Assembly (NCBI GenBank): GCA_964358315.1
Contig: CAYHOF010000005.1
Coordinates: 19,354 to 83,353 of the forward strand
Source of the DNA: an uncultured Methanosarcinales archaeon
Lineage (GTDB): Archaea > Nanobdellota > Nanobdellia > Woesearchaeales > ARS49
Direction: 5' to 3'
Length of the DNA stretch: 64,000 nucleotides
A program made the position numbers and the translations under genes. Shown one piece after another: positions 1 through 10,200 of this stretch. The stretch's first letter is position 1, and each line of letters opens with the position of its first letter. The notes beneath the pieces were generated by a model. That model saw only the letters and a program-made list of their open reading frames with translations. It ran no database searches and was not told the origin of the DNA.

Positions 1-488
1 CAGCAACGATTGCTAATCGCCTCAAATTACTTCTGAAGAGCGACTTGGTGCAAGGTTTCAAGCCACTACTGGACATGAGCAAACTCGGTAAACAGTGGTA
101 TGTGCTACTTCTGAAGCTCAAGTACGTCGATGAACCAATGAAGAACAAGTTCATCGAGACAATGAAAACGCTGCCGCAGACCTTCTACGTTACACAGGGA
201 GTCGGAAACTGGCACATGCAACTCGAATTCTACTGCGATGACGACAACGATTGGAAGAAAGTCCTCTCACACATATTTCCTTCAGAACACAGTCCAATTG
301 TCAAAGAGCTAACCGAGATGAGAATTACAGCGGAACATAAATGCGTGTATTATCCGTTTGATCTTGGCAACACGCGCCAAGCAAAGCTTAACAGATGGTC
401 AAAGGAGGAACAATGGAAAAAACCAAAGACTCAGAAGTCAAAATCGTCTACACCAATCATCGAGGAGAGACCGATATACGCCACATAG
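1..488 (+). CDS. hypothetical protein, 5'-truncated at window edge (reading frame is open back to position 3)
   Basis: The ORF track starts at 45 but the same frame has no stop back to the window edge. There are no recognisable motifs. It lies in the AT-richer accessory region. Confidence 0.3.
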   Translation, partial: ATIANRLKLLLKSDLVQGFKPLLDMSKLGKQWYVLLLKLKYVDEPMKNKFIETMKTLPQTFYVTQGVGNWHMQLEFYCDDDNDWKKVLSHIFPSEHSPIVKELTEMRITAEHKCVYYPFDLGNTRQAKLNRWSKEEQWKKPKTQKSKSSTPIIEERPIYAT

Positions 489-757
489 TGCCAAAAGAGC
501 TCAAATTCGGAAGCACAGAATATCATCCTGAACCGCAGTGACTTCTTGTCGCCTTTGACCTTGACAAGAAAGCGGAAAGAACATTTGCGATGCGGGATAT
601 CCGAACTTGGTATAAATAATCGAGCCAAGCATACAATTTATAAATTGCCAACCATAGAGTCTCTTATAAAGAGGCGAAGTTCAATTTGCGTGTAATCGGA
701 TACCAGTTAAACACATGACTGGCACGCGATTCTACAAAAGCCTAAGGTACGGGCAGA

Positions 758-2071
758 TTGAGCGCGATGGGAAACGGCAAGAGACAGAAACCAAAAACGT
801 TAAAGTTTATCGACCTCTTTGCAGGTCTAGGTGGATTCCATGTCGCTCTGCATTCGCTTGGCCACACATGTGTTTTTGCATCAGAAATTGATGAAGAACT
901 ACAAGATACATACGAGAAAAACTTTGGGATCAGACCTGCAGGCGATATACGAAAAGTAGCCGTGACGGACATACCTCCACACGATATACTTTGTGCAGGA
1001 TTTCCATGCCAGCCATTTTCAAAGGCAGGTTTTCAGAAGGGTCTTAAGGACACCGAACGCGGAAATTTATTCTTCGAAATATTGAGGATACTGAAGTACC
1101 ATCAACCTTCATATATTCTTCTTGAAAATGTTCCCCACATAAAGAAACAAGATAACGGAAAAATTTGGAAGACTATTGAAGCTGACCTAAGGGCGGCAGG
1201 GTATTATGTAGACTCAAAGGAATTGTCACCGCACCACTTCGGAATCCCTCAAATTCGACTAAGGACATATATCGTTGCAGCCAAAAAGGGCCTGACTGGG
1301 TTCATATGGCCAATTCCTAATGGAAAAGATGCCAATGTAAAGAGTGTTCTTGACAAACATCCCGTCAACGAAGTGAACATATCTGTCCGAGCAAAAAAGG
1401 CACTGTTATTCTGGCAAGAGTTCTTGAATCTAGTTCCAAGTGACGAGCCGCTCCCTAAACCAATATGGGCGATGGAATTCGGTGCGACATATCCATTCGA
1501 GAAAACCACCCCATTTGCGAGCACAGTAAAAGAACTTAGGAGGCACAAGGGCGCATTCGGGAAACAACTTCGAGGAGAAAAAAAGAAAGAAATTTACCGG
1601 AGACTACCTTCTCATGCGCAACGAGAAGACCGGAAGTTTCCAATATGGAAAGTTCGCATGATCAAAACAAATAGAGTCTTTTACAACAAGCATCGTGAAA
1701 TATTGAGCGCATGGACAAAGAAGATTCAACAACTCCCATCAAGTTACCAGAAACTTGAGTGGAATCTCAACGGTGGACCTCGACAGATCACTAAATACTT
1801 GGTACAGTTAAGAGCATCCGGTGTCAGAGTAAAAGAACTGACAACAGCGCCATCTCTCGTAGCCATGACCTCAACACAAGTTCCAATTATTCCTTGGGAA
1901 AACCGCTACATGACCCCAAAAGAGTGTAGTAGATTGCAGAGTATGGACGTACTCAAGCATCTTCCTGAGAGGACGACTAAGGCATATGAAGCACTCGGAA
2001 ATGCAGTCAACGTCACCGTCGTAACACAAGTTATAAAATCATTGCTTATTGATAGAGCGCAAAATGCATAA
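758..2071 (+). CDS. dcm: DNA (cytosine-5)-methyltransferase
   Basis: Motif I FAGLGGFH, motif IV GFPCQPFSKAG, motif VI ENVPHI, motif VIII QIRLRTYIV and motif X GNAVNV are present in canonical order. It overlaps the next gene. Confidence 0.9.
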   Translation: MSAMGNGKRQKPKTLKFIDLFAGLGGFHVALHSLGHTCVFASEIDEELQDTYEKNFGIRPAGDIRKVAVTDIPPHDILCAGFPCQPFSKAGFQKGLKDTERGNLFFEILRILKYHQPSYILLENVPHIKKQDNGKIWKTIEADLRAAGYYVDSKELSPHHFGIPQIRLRTYIVAAKKGLTGFIWPIPNGKDANVKSVLDKHPVNEVNISVRAKKALLFWQEFLNLVPSDEPLPKPIWAMEFGATYPFEKTTPFASTVKELRRHKGAFGKQLRGEKKKEIYRRLPSHAQREDRKFPIWKVRMIKTNRVFYNKHREILSAWTKKIQQLPSSYQKLEWNLNGGPRQITKYLVQLRASGVRVKELTTAPSLVAMTSTQVPIIPWENRYMTPKECSRLQSMDVLKHLPERTTKAYEALGNAVNVTVVTQVIKSLLIDRAQNA

Positions 2072-3614
2072 AGAAGAATTGACAATAAATGTCCGTCCTC
2101 CGGTAAGTGTGTACTCTACTTATCGCAGACTTAGTTATCAGCCATGGTATGCGATAGCAGAATTTGTAGACAATTCCACTCAAAATTATTACAGCCATAA
2201 AAACGAACTTCTCAAGGCGTTCAGAAAAGATGGATCAAAAAAGTGTGTAATTGACATTGAATATGACGCCCAGAAGAATCGTCTTGTGATTCGGGACAAT
2301 TGTAACGGCATGGACATTGCTGAACTGCACCGAGCCGTACAATTGAATTCTCCTCCTGCCGATCCTTCCGGGCGATGCGAGTTTGGAATGGGACTAAAGA
2401 CCGCTGCATGTTGGTTTGGTCGTAAGTGGAAAATTGAAACGACGCGCCTTGGGTCCGGAGAACGCTACAGCGTTTTCATGGATGTTGACGAACTTGCGCA
2501 CCAAGGTAGTGAACTGCTTATCGTAGGTTCAAAGACTGCGAATCCCAACGAGCATTATACTATCCTTACAATCGATGACGTGTACAAACCAATGCACTCT
2601 AAAACAATTGGCAGAATCAAAGAGCAATTGAGCAGCATGTACAGACTAGACTTGGCGTCGGGAGAGATTGACATCAAGTGGAACAACGTGCCCCTAACGT
2701 TTACGCCTCCAAATGTTCTGGAAGAAGACAGGCCGGGCGGGAAGAAAACAATTTGGAAGAAAGACGTAAAGTTTGGAGTCTCATGGGAATCAGAAAATGT
2801 GCGACTTCCAGTACACGGTTGGATTGGCATAAGGGACCCAGGCAGCCAGCGAGACGCTGGATTCGTGCTTCTTCGAAGAGGTAGAGTCATTCTCGGAGGG
2901 CCGGATCGAGGATACAAGCCCGACGAGGTCTTTGGACAGGGCAATACGTTCAGATCGCAACGTCTCATCGGCGAACTGCACATGGATGAATGGCCCGTTA
3001 CTCAGGCCAAAGATATGTTTGATTGGTCAGGGGGGCTTGAAGACAAATTTATTGAAGCTTTGAAAGTAGCATCAAAAGACTACATGGAGAAGGCGGAGAT
3101 CTACCGAAAGAAGCAGTTACCCACAACAAAGAAAGATATGCAAGAAGCCGCAACAGAAGTACGTAAAATATTTGAAAACAAAGACTTCCTGAAAGCCATC
3201 CGTGCAGAACTCGCAGTTCCAACTCCACTTCCATCAGGCAAGCGAGAGGCCGCAGATCTTAAGAAAATAAAAGCCGAGAGTGACGGCCCGATCACATTCA
3301 CGCTACAACAACCAAAGGGAAATCTTGTGTTTAAAATATATTGGCAAGGTGCAATATCTGATGCATCATGGATGAGTGTAGAATACCCCTCAGAGTCAGA
3401 AATATTAGTATACTTGAATTCGAAGCATCCCTTCTTCGAAAAATATCTGGGAAATTCCGAAATGTTGGAATTGATACAGAAGTTCATCCTCGCTCTAGCT
3501 CTTGCGGAGAAAATTGCGCGCATGACATCAAGCGACGGAAAGATTGATCCTGGCGATTTCCGCAACTACATGAATAGAGTACTCAGGATAGCTTCAGAAA
3601 TCAAAGGCACATGA
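2049..3614 (+). CDS. GHKL/HATPase_c_3-type ATP-binding protein, defence-module partner of the methyltransferase
   Basis: N-box-like AIAEFVDNSTQ, G1-box IRDNCNGMD and G2-like GRCEFGMGLKTA are present. It overlaps dcm by 23 nt and the next gene by 4 nt (ATGA). Confidence 0.6.
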   Translation: MIERKMHKEELTINVRPPVSVYSTYRRLSYQPWYAIAEFVDNSTQNYYSHKNELLKAFRKDGSKKCVIDIEYDAQKNRLVIRDNCNGMDIAELHRAVQLNSPPADPSGRCEFGMGLKTAACWFGRKWKIETTRLGSGERYSVFMDVDELAHQGSELLIVGSKTANPNEHYTILTIDDVYKPMHSKTIGRIKEQLSSMYRLDLASGEIDIKWNNVPLTFTPPNVLEEDRPGGKKTIWKKDVKFGVSWESENVRLPVHGWIGIRDPGSQRDAGFVLLRRGRVILGGPDRGYKPDEVFGQGNTFRSQRLIGELHMDEWPVTQAKDMFDWSGGLEDKFIEALKVASKDYMEKAEIYRKKQLPTTKKDMQEAATEVRKIFENKDFLKAIRAELAVPTPLPSGKREAADLKKIKAESDGPITFTLQQPKGNLVFKIYWQGAISDASWMSVEYPSESEILVYLNSKHPFFEKYLGNSEMLELIQKFILALALAEKIARMTSSDGKIDPGDFRNYMNRVLRIASEIKGT

Positions 3615-5734
3615 TAACTAAAACTATGGAAATTGAAGCAGTTCAAGCTGAAGCTAACAGTTGGACTATTGATGTAGAATGTCCCGAAATTGAAGAATTG
3701 AGAAGAAGATATTCTCAGCATATGTCAGTTGATGAATTCAATCGGTCACTTTGGTCAGCCGCCAGGTTACTGGCTCACTGCCCAAATCCACGGGGCAGAC
3801 CGATAAAGAGAACAGGATTAGCTATTGGGAAGATTCAGAGCGGCAAGACTCTATCCTTCACAATATTGATTGCTCTTGCAGCTGCAAACGGCTACAATAA
3901 GGTTATCGTGCTAGCGGGAACCAAGAAATCGCTTCACAGGCAGACAAGTGAAAGGCTCGATCGAGATTTGACATCAGGAAACTATGCTGTCGCAAACAGA
4001 ATCACCATATTTCGCAATCCACGCGGCGGCGATGTAAATGGAATACGTGGTCACCTTGAAATGAATAGATGTGCCGTTATATCCGTGATGAAGAATGTAA
4101 CTCACATTCGGAACGCTGCAAAAATACTAGAGTCCGCAGCAATTCCCAAAGGACCAACGCTGATTATTGATGACGAGGGTGACGAAGCTTCCTTGAACAG
4201 TTATTTCCGAACGGGTGAACAATCGGCGGTATATAGTAAAATTCAAGCTCTACGGCAAGCCGTGCCTTGTCATGCATATTTAGCCTACACTGCGACACCT
4301 CAATCCAATCTGTTGTTGGAAACCGTAGACAACTTGAGTCCCGACTTTTGCGAGTTGATAGAACCGGGTTCAGGGTATTGTGGCGGATCTCTATTCTTCG
4401 GGGCTCAATCATATACGAGGTTCGTTCGCGAAATTACCGACGTACCCGAGGATGGCACTCTATCGGTAATTCCAGAGAGCCTCCAACAAGCACTAGCCAT
4501 ATTTTTTGTGGGGGCGGCTATTCGCCATAGCAGATTACCCCGTAGAAAGCACTCAATGCTCATTCATACAACACATATCCGCGCCGGACATGAGCAAATG
4601 TGGACTGCTGTTGAGAACCTACTTGACAATTGGAAGACGCGGTTGGCGAGCCGCAGAAACGATCCAAACAGACAACAATTAATGACACAATTCAAGCAAG
4701 GATATGACGATCTCATAAGGACCGTTTCGAACCCACCGCCGTGGGATGAGATTCAGGAGGCTCTTCCGTCTGAAGTTACAGCGTGCCAACCCCATATGGT
4801 AAACAGTCTTCCTGAAGGCACCCAAATCGCCGAGCAGAACTTCACGCTTGAAAACAACATCGTGATTGGAGGGAACATACTCGGACGAGGTGTAACCATT
4901 CAGGATCTCACAACATCTTACATGGTGAGAAGAGCACGCAACACGAATGTAGATACTGTGGAACAAAGAGCAAGATGGTTTGGCTACAAGGCGGAGTACA
5001 TAGATATCTGTCGAATCTTTCTACCTACTCGCGCGATTGAGGATTATCGCGGCATACTGGAACACGAGGATGACTTCTGGGACTCCCTCAGGCGCAATAT
5101 CCGTCAAGGTATTCAGATTCGGGGATGGCCCCGTTTCTTCCAGTTAGATTCTAACTTACGGATGAATCCCACCAGAAGAAGCGTAGCACGCTACAAAGAA
5201 TTCCGACCAGGGGGATGGGACACACAACGTACTCCAATTGAGGACATCGGTAGCGTATCGTCGAACAAAATCATTATCCAACGCTTCTTTTCACGCCACA
5301 GAGGCGCAGACGAAAATGTAGGTACAACTCACACATTTGTAAGGGAGTGTCCAGTCACCGAAGTAATATCCGAATTGCTCGGGCCGCTTAGTTTTACCGG
5401 CACTGGTTGGGAAAAGGAATATTATATTGAATATCTGACCCGACTTTCAGAGGCTGGACGACTCGGTTCAGTGGACGTAGTGTTAATGAGCAGAGGCAAT
5501 GAGCGTCATAGACAACTTGATGGAAGCAACATCAACAATCTAATGGAGGGACGTCGCGCGAACTATCGTGGAGATAGAGAAGTTCATAACAACAAGGTAC
5601 AACTACAAATTCACTATGTAACAATTACCGATGCTTCAAGAAATGATTTATTCCAGACCACTGCTGTCGCAATTTATGTCCCAAATAATCCCCAACTAGA
5701 TATGTCCTTCATCGTTCGAGGGGAAACAGAATGA
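3611..5734 (+). CDS. Z1-domain-like P-loop protein (putative restriction/defence component)
   Basis: N-terminal P-loop GKIQSGKTLSFTILIALAAANGYNKVIVLAGTKKSL matches the Z1-domain signature. It has 4-nt start/stop overlaps with both neighbours. It sits in the position Z1 proteins occupy in Dcm-linked modules. Confidence 0.5.
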   Translation: MITKTMEIEAVQAEANSWTIDVECPEIEELRRRYSQHMSVDEFNRSLWSAARLLAHCPNPRGRPIKRTGLAIGKIQSGKTLSFTILIALAAANGYNKVIVLAGTKKSLHRQTSERLDRDLTSGNYAVANRITIFRNPRGGDVNGIRGHLEMNRCAVISVMKNVTHIRNAAKILESAAIPKGPTLIIDDEGDEASLNSYFRTGEQSAVYSKIQALRQAVPCHAYLAYTATPQSNLLLETVDNLSPDFCELIEPGSGYCGGSLFFGAQSYTRFVREITDVPEDGTLSVIPESLQQALAIFFVGAAIRHSRLPRRKHSMLIHTTHIRAGHEQMWTAVENLLDNWKTRLASRRNDPNRQQLMTQFKQGYDDLIRTVSNPPPWDEIQEALPSEVTACQPHMVNSLPEGTQIAEQNFTLENNIVIGGNILGRGVTIQDLTTSYMVRRARNTNVDTVEQRARWFGYKAEYIDICRIFLPTRAIEDYRGILEHEDDFWDSLRRNIRQGIQIRGWPRFFQLDSNLRMNPTRRSVARYKEFRPGGWDTQRTPIEDIGSVSSNKIIIQRFFSRHRGADENVGTTHTFVRECPVTEVISELLGPLSFTGTGWEKEYYIEYLTRLSEAGRLGSVDVVLMSRGNERHRQLDGSNINNLMEGRRANYRGDREVHNNKVQLQIHYVTITDASRNDLFQTTAVAIYVPNNPQLDMSFIVRGETE

Positions 5735-6705
5735 GCTTGAACCAAGAGTTTGATGCCTTGAAGAAATCCAAAGTTAAACATGACTTCAGCGTAATCGAAC
5801 ACTCAAATCGACAAGGAGTCTTGATTGGGGTTGACTCTCAAGGGAGACCCTGCATATTCATCAAGGCAGGAGAAGAATTGAATTCGCCTGCAATAAAGAC
5901 CTCAAAGCTACAGGTTGACTTTGCAACTGAATTTCAGCTTTTTGTCAATGAGCGACGCAGCGAAACTGGTCGCTACCACAGTATTCGATGCCTTAGCACA
6001 GACGCTTCTGACTGGCGGACATTCATAACAGTGCTGGACTCCGTGCTTCTGGATCCAGGAATGGATTTGTCATCTTACTCTCTATCTCAAATGTTCTATT
6101 CGCTTGTGAGTCTATTCAAAATGGGAGCCGCAGCAGATCTAGCAAAAGAAAGACAAGGGCTCTGGGGAGAACTATTTTTCATGAAAACTACTGGTGGTTT
6201 CGCAATGTGGGCTGAACATTGGCACAGTGAACCGACTCGCCTATTTGACTTCTCAAAAGGCAATCACCGAATTGAAATAAAAACAACCTCGAAACCAGAA
6301 AGAATACACGAATTCTCTCACAGACAACTCTTTTCCTTATCATCAGAAGAAATTTCAATTGTCTCAATGATGCTGCGAGAAGAAGACGCAGGTCTGTCTC
6401 TGAGGTCGCTAATCGAAGAGGCAAAAAAGAACCTTCGAGCAACGCCTTACTTTATCAAGCTCGAGAAAGCCGTACGAAGTGCGGGAATGGACAATTCAAG
6501 TGATACTGGTCCGAGATTCAATGATCTTGAGGCATCACGACAACTAGCATGGTATGGCGCTGAAAGCGTTCCCCGGTTTAGAACGCAAGAACCAGAAGGC
6601 GTTTCTGGAACCCATTACCGCAGTGACCTTACCAATGCACCGAAACTCACGGCGGAACAAGTGAAGGATTGGATGCAGAACTGGGATCACGCCACTAGTC
6701 CGTAA
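5731..6705 (+). CDS. PD-(D/E)XK-motif protein (putative nuclease of the Dcm-linked module)
   Basis: Candidate D...EIK core (LFDFSKGNHRIEIKTT). It is the fourth, overlapping gene of the operon. Confidence 0.4.
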   Translation: MSLNQEFDALKKSKVKHDFSVIEHSNRQGVLIGVDSQGRPCIFIKAGEELNSPAIKTSKLQVDFATEFQLFVNERRSETGRYHSIRCLSTDASDWRTFITVLDSVLLDPGMDLSSYSLSQMFYSLVSLFKMGAAADLAKERQGLWGELFFMKTTGGFAMWAEHWHSEPTRLFDFSKGNHRIEIKTTSKPERIHEFSHRQLFSLSSEEISIVSMMLREEDAGLSLRSLIEEAKKNLRATPYFIKLEKAVRSAGMDNSSDTGPRFNDLEASRQLAWYGAESVPRFRTQEPEGVSGTHYRSDLTNAPKLTAEQVKDWMQNWDHATSP

Positions 6706-7057
6706 TGGCTTCTCTACTACACGTCGAACATAAATGAACGGCATAAATACTTCCATCGAATCCTGTGGCGCCATATTGAGGGTCAACTTGAGACAGCGCA
6801 CCACATTTCTCGCACTTCATTCTTGGAGTCATAGGCCTAATGAAAATCCTACAGCTTTTAGATCTTTCGGACCTAAAGTACTCCAACGACTGTTCCGCAG
6901 TTCGGACACTTTCGTTCTTCCCAATCAAATTCATCGACAGGCATGAAGCAGTCTCTGCATCGTACCATTTTGTCACTCCACGACTGTCATAAGCCTTCGG
7001 CAGCAGTAGTCTTCTGTTGGATTGACTGATCCTTTTTCTCTTCCGCATATTTCGCAT
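6695..7057 (-). CDS. small zinc-ribbon protein (start uncertain; CxxC...CxxC at the C-terminus)
   Basis: CEKCGALSQ...CSTCSRE Cys pairs. The ORF sits between the defence operon and the VirB4-like gene. Confidence 0.3.
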   Translation of the reverse strand: MRNMRKRKRISQSNRRLLLPKAYDSRGVTKWYDAETASCLSMNLIGKNESVRTAEQSLEYFRSERSKSCRIFIRPMTPRMKCEKCGALSQVDPQYGATGFDGSIYAVHLCSTCSREAITD

Positions 7058-7209
7058 TCAACGTAGATCATAGGTTCCTCCATATCTCCGATCGATTCAT
7101 TGCATGTAGGGCAGATGTAGCCCTGTTGTTGCCAGATGCTCATTGTGAACGCGGCAGTGCAGTTGGTGTTGAAGCAGCGCACCAAGTGGTCTTTCATTGC
7201 CATCCACAA
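6973..7209 (-). CDS. small Cys-rich zinc-ribbon protein
   Basis: CPTCNES...CEICGREKG Cys pairs. Confidence 0.3.
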   Translation of the reverse strand: MWMAMKDHLVRCFNTNCTAAFTMSIWQQQGYICPTCNESIGDMEEPMIYVECEICGREKGSVNPTEDYCCRRLMTVVE

Positions 7210-7230
7210 CTACATAGGCAGCAGAGTGCG

Positions 7231-10200
7231 TCATCGTTTTGGTGTAGGTTGTCGCCGCACGCGTGGCATTTTCTTCGTGTTCTTGGTCCGAGTCCTTCTA
7301 CCATGTTTTTTGCCTCCTGTTTTTGTTTGCACAGCTGGATTGGCAGTTGCTTTTTGGGCCTTGTTTGAACTGCCAGTCTCTTTTTTGATCTGTCTCACTG
7401 CCTTGTCGTTCTCGTCGATATTTTTCGTCTGGCAGTTGGAAGTTAATTCATATAGAGAGGGGGAGGGTTTGCCTAGGCGAGTCTTGCAGAATTGTGGCAG
7501 GTCGTGGCGTAGCAGGACGTTGTTGCCGAACTTGTTTTGGTAGCGTTTGCGCCAGTGGTTGTATGCGATTACGAACCACCATCTGTTTGGATAGTGTGTG
7601 TTGAGGTGTTCGACTTTGGTAGCGAGGTAGTCTGGTCTGTGTTTGAAGTTGGCTCCTGTTTCAATTTCGAATGCGCACTTTTGTCCCTTGTCGTTCTTGA
7701 ACGCAATGTCTGGGTTGACATCGTTGTTGCGCACTGTGCTGTTGAGCCATGCGTGTGGAGTGTGACGCAATATCTCTTCATAGACAGCGTGTGTGAGGTA
7801 AGTGTGTTCAGTGGTCGCTCTGCCTTCTTTGCGGACAAGGAACACTGCATAGTTGTTGGACCGAATGGGGACGTGCTTGCTTTGGATGAATCCATTCCGC
7901 CTGAGGTAGTCTATCTCTTCTGGAGAGAGGACACTCTTGCGGTAGAATCCTTTGGCGAGGTCGAGTTGGATGAGGACTTTCTTGACGGCGAGTGTGGTGT
8001 TTGGTGCGGTGTCGCCTTCGAGTTGGAGTAGTTCATCTGGGTTGGTTGTGATGAGTTCGTGTTCTTTCGGACTGGCGATGATGCGTATTTCGTGGTGGTC
8101 GTTGTCCATCATGAGCAGGCCTTCTCCTGGGCAGCTTGCCATGAGGTGTTCGCGTTCTTCGTGACTGAGGTGGAAGACTTCTTGGACGCTGTTGATGATG
8201 CTTGCTTTTTGTCGGAGGAGGATGGTGTAGCTGCTGTTGGCAAGGGTTGCCCGTCCGGCGTTGCTTTGGAGGAGGTCTGCGACGTCTTGGGTGATCATGA
8301 GGAGGCCGAGGTTGAATTTGCGGCAGGTTTTGACGATCTCGAAGATGTAGCTTTGGTCTTGTGCGTGTTGCAGGAGTGACCACGCTTCGTCGATGACGAG
8401 GAGTTTGCGTTGCCTGTCTTGCTTCATACGCATGTAAATGTAGTCGAGCAGGAGGAACATGATGACGGGCTTGACTTGTTTTGGCATGTTGCCGATGTTG
8501 AAGACGACGAAGTTGTTGTCGAGTTTGATCTTTGTCGGTCTGTTGAGGAAGCTGAAGACGCCATCGACGTACATGCTGAGTCTGTTCTGGAGGGTGGCAT
8601 AGCTGCTTCGCTCGTACATTGTGCTTTGTCGTTTGAGGACTTCGAGTTGGTGGTAGAGGTCGCCGAGGGTTGGCGGGTCGGTTGGCGTTTTGGTGTCTTC
8701 GTTGATGGCTCGTAGTGCGTAGGTCTTGCTCACTGCGCGATCAAGGATGGCGCGTTGGCCTTCGGTGAGTTGGCCGAACATGATGTTGAACAGGTCAAGC
8801 AAAGCCAATCGTTTCTCGACAAAAGAGTGCCCAAGCAGGTCGAGTGGGTTGATGATTGTCTCGCTGTCTCTGCTGATGTCGATGACACTGCCCTTGTATT
8901 CCTTCGCGAGCTTGACGTATTCTCCTTGTGGGTCGATGACGATGACTTTGGTGCCGCTCATGAGGTAGCGACTGATCAGGAGTTTGGAAGTGTAGCTTTT
9001 GCCGCTGCCGCTTGTCGCTAGAATCGAGCCATTGGCATTGTTGAGGGCAAAGATATCTTTGATGATGGGCAGGCCGTTCCTGTTGAGTCCCAAAAACACG
9101 CCGTTGTCTTCAAGGACGAGGAAGGGGCTGGTGAATGGGAAGAATGCCCCGAGCGCTTGTGTCGTGATGAAGCGTCGTTGGGCGAGTGCGTTGTTGGCGT
9201 GTGGGAGCATGCTTTGGAGTCCTGCTGCCATGCGTAAAGTGGGAATTTTCGGGATGATGAGCATGCTGTTGAGGTAGGATGTTGCTCGTCGGGTTTGGGT
9301 ATCAAGCTGTTCGGGAGTTGTTGCTTTGATGTCGAGGTAGAGGCTGACTTGGAAGAGGCGGTTCTCGCCGCGTTGGATGCCATCCAGCACGTTTTTCGTG
9401 TCGTTGTATTGGATGTCGAGGCTTGGCAGGAATTGTCCTTTGATCTGAGCTGCATAGAGGTCTGCGCGTTGTTTTTGGATCTCTCTGTTGAGCATCAGGA
9501 GTGTCTGGTCGATGGGGTAGGGTTCGATGTGGAGGCTGATGTCGAAGTTGCCTTCTGCTGTGATGAGTTTGTCCAGCCAGCCGTCCTCAACGGTGCGGGG
9601 ATAGCCGTGTGCCGCGATGACTCTGTGCAGGTGGCCGTCTATGTCTGCGTAGGTTGGTTTGTTGATGACGTAGGTTGGCGTGAGGCCGTCCTGTTTCTTG
9701 ATGTTGAATTGTCGTTGGAGAACAGAGGTGATGGCGGTTTTCGTGAGTCGTTGTGGCTTGAGGTGCATGCTGGCGAGCGTGTTTTGGACGACGGCGACTT
9801 GAGCATCTAGTGCGCCATCTTGTTCGGGCACGATGAGGTAGAATTGTCTGTTATGTGTCTGGCGCTTGCGCATGATGTCAAGTATGCTTGCCTTGTGACT
9901 CTGGAACAGATGCTCGTGACCTTGTGCTGTGCGTTGGCTGAGTTGCTGCAAGTACGAAGTCAAGTCCAGGGGGTCTGTGCTGATGAAGAGTTGGATCGGG
10001 AAGTCGAGGCTGTTGAGGAATCGTCGGAAGGATTTGATGATAGCCTCTTTTTCTTGAGTTGGCTTGATTTTATAGTTGACAGGTTCGATGCTGAGGATGG
10101 CTATGCGTCGTTGTTGCTTGCCCAGACGGACGGTGAGGTGATCTTTCTCTACAGAGATGTGTCCCAACCATTCCTTCATTGCCTTGGTGTACTTGGAGAA

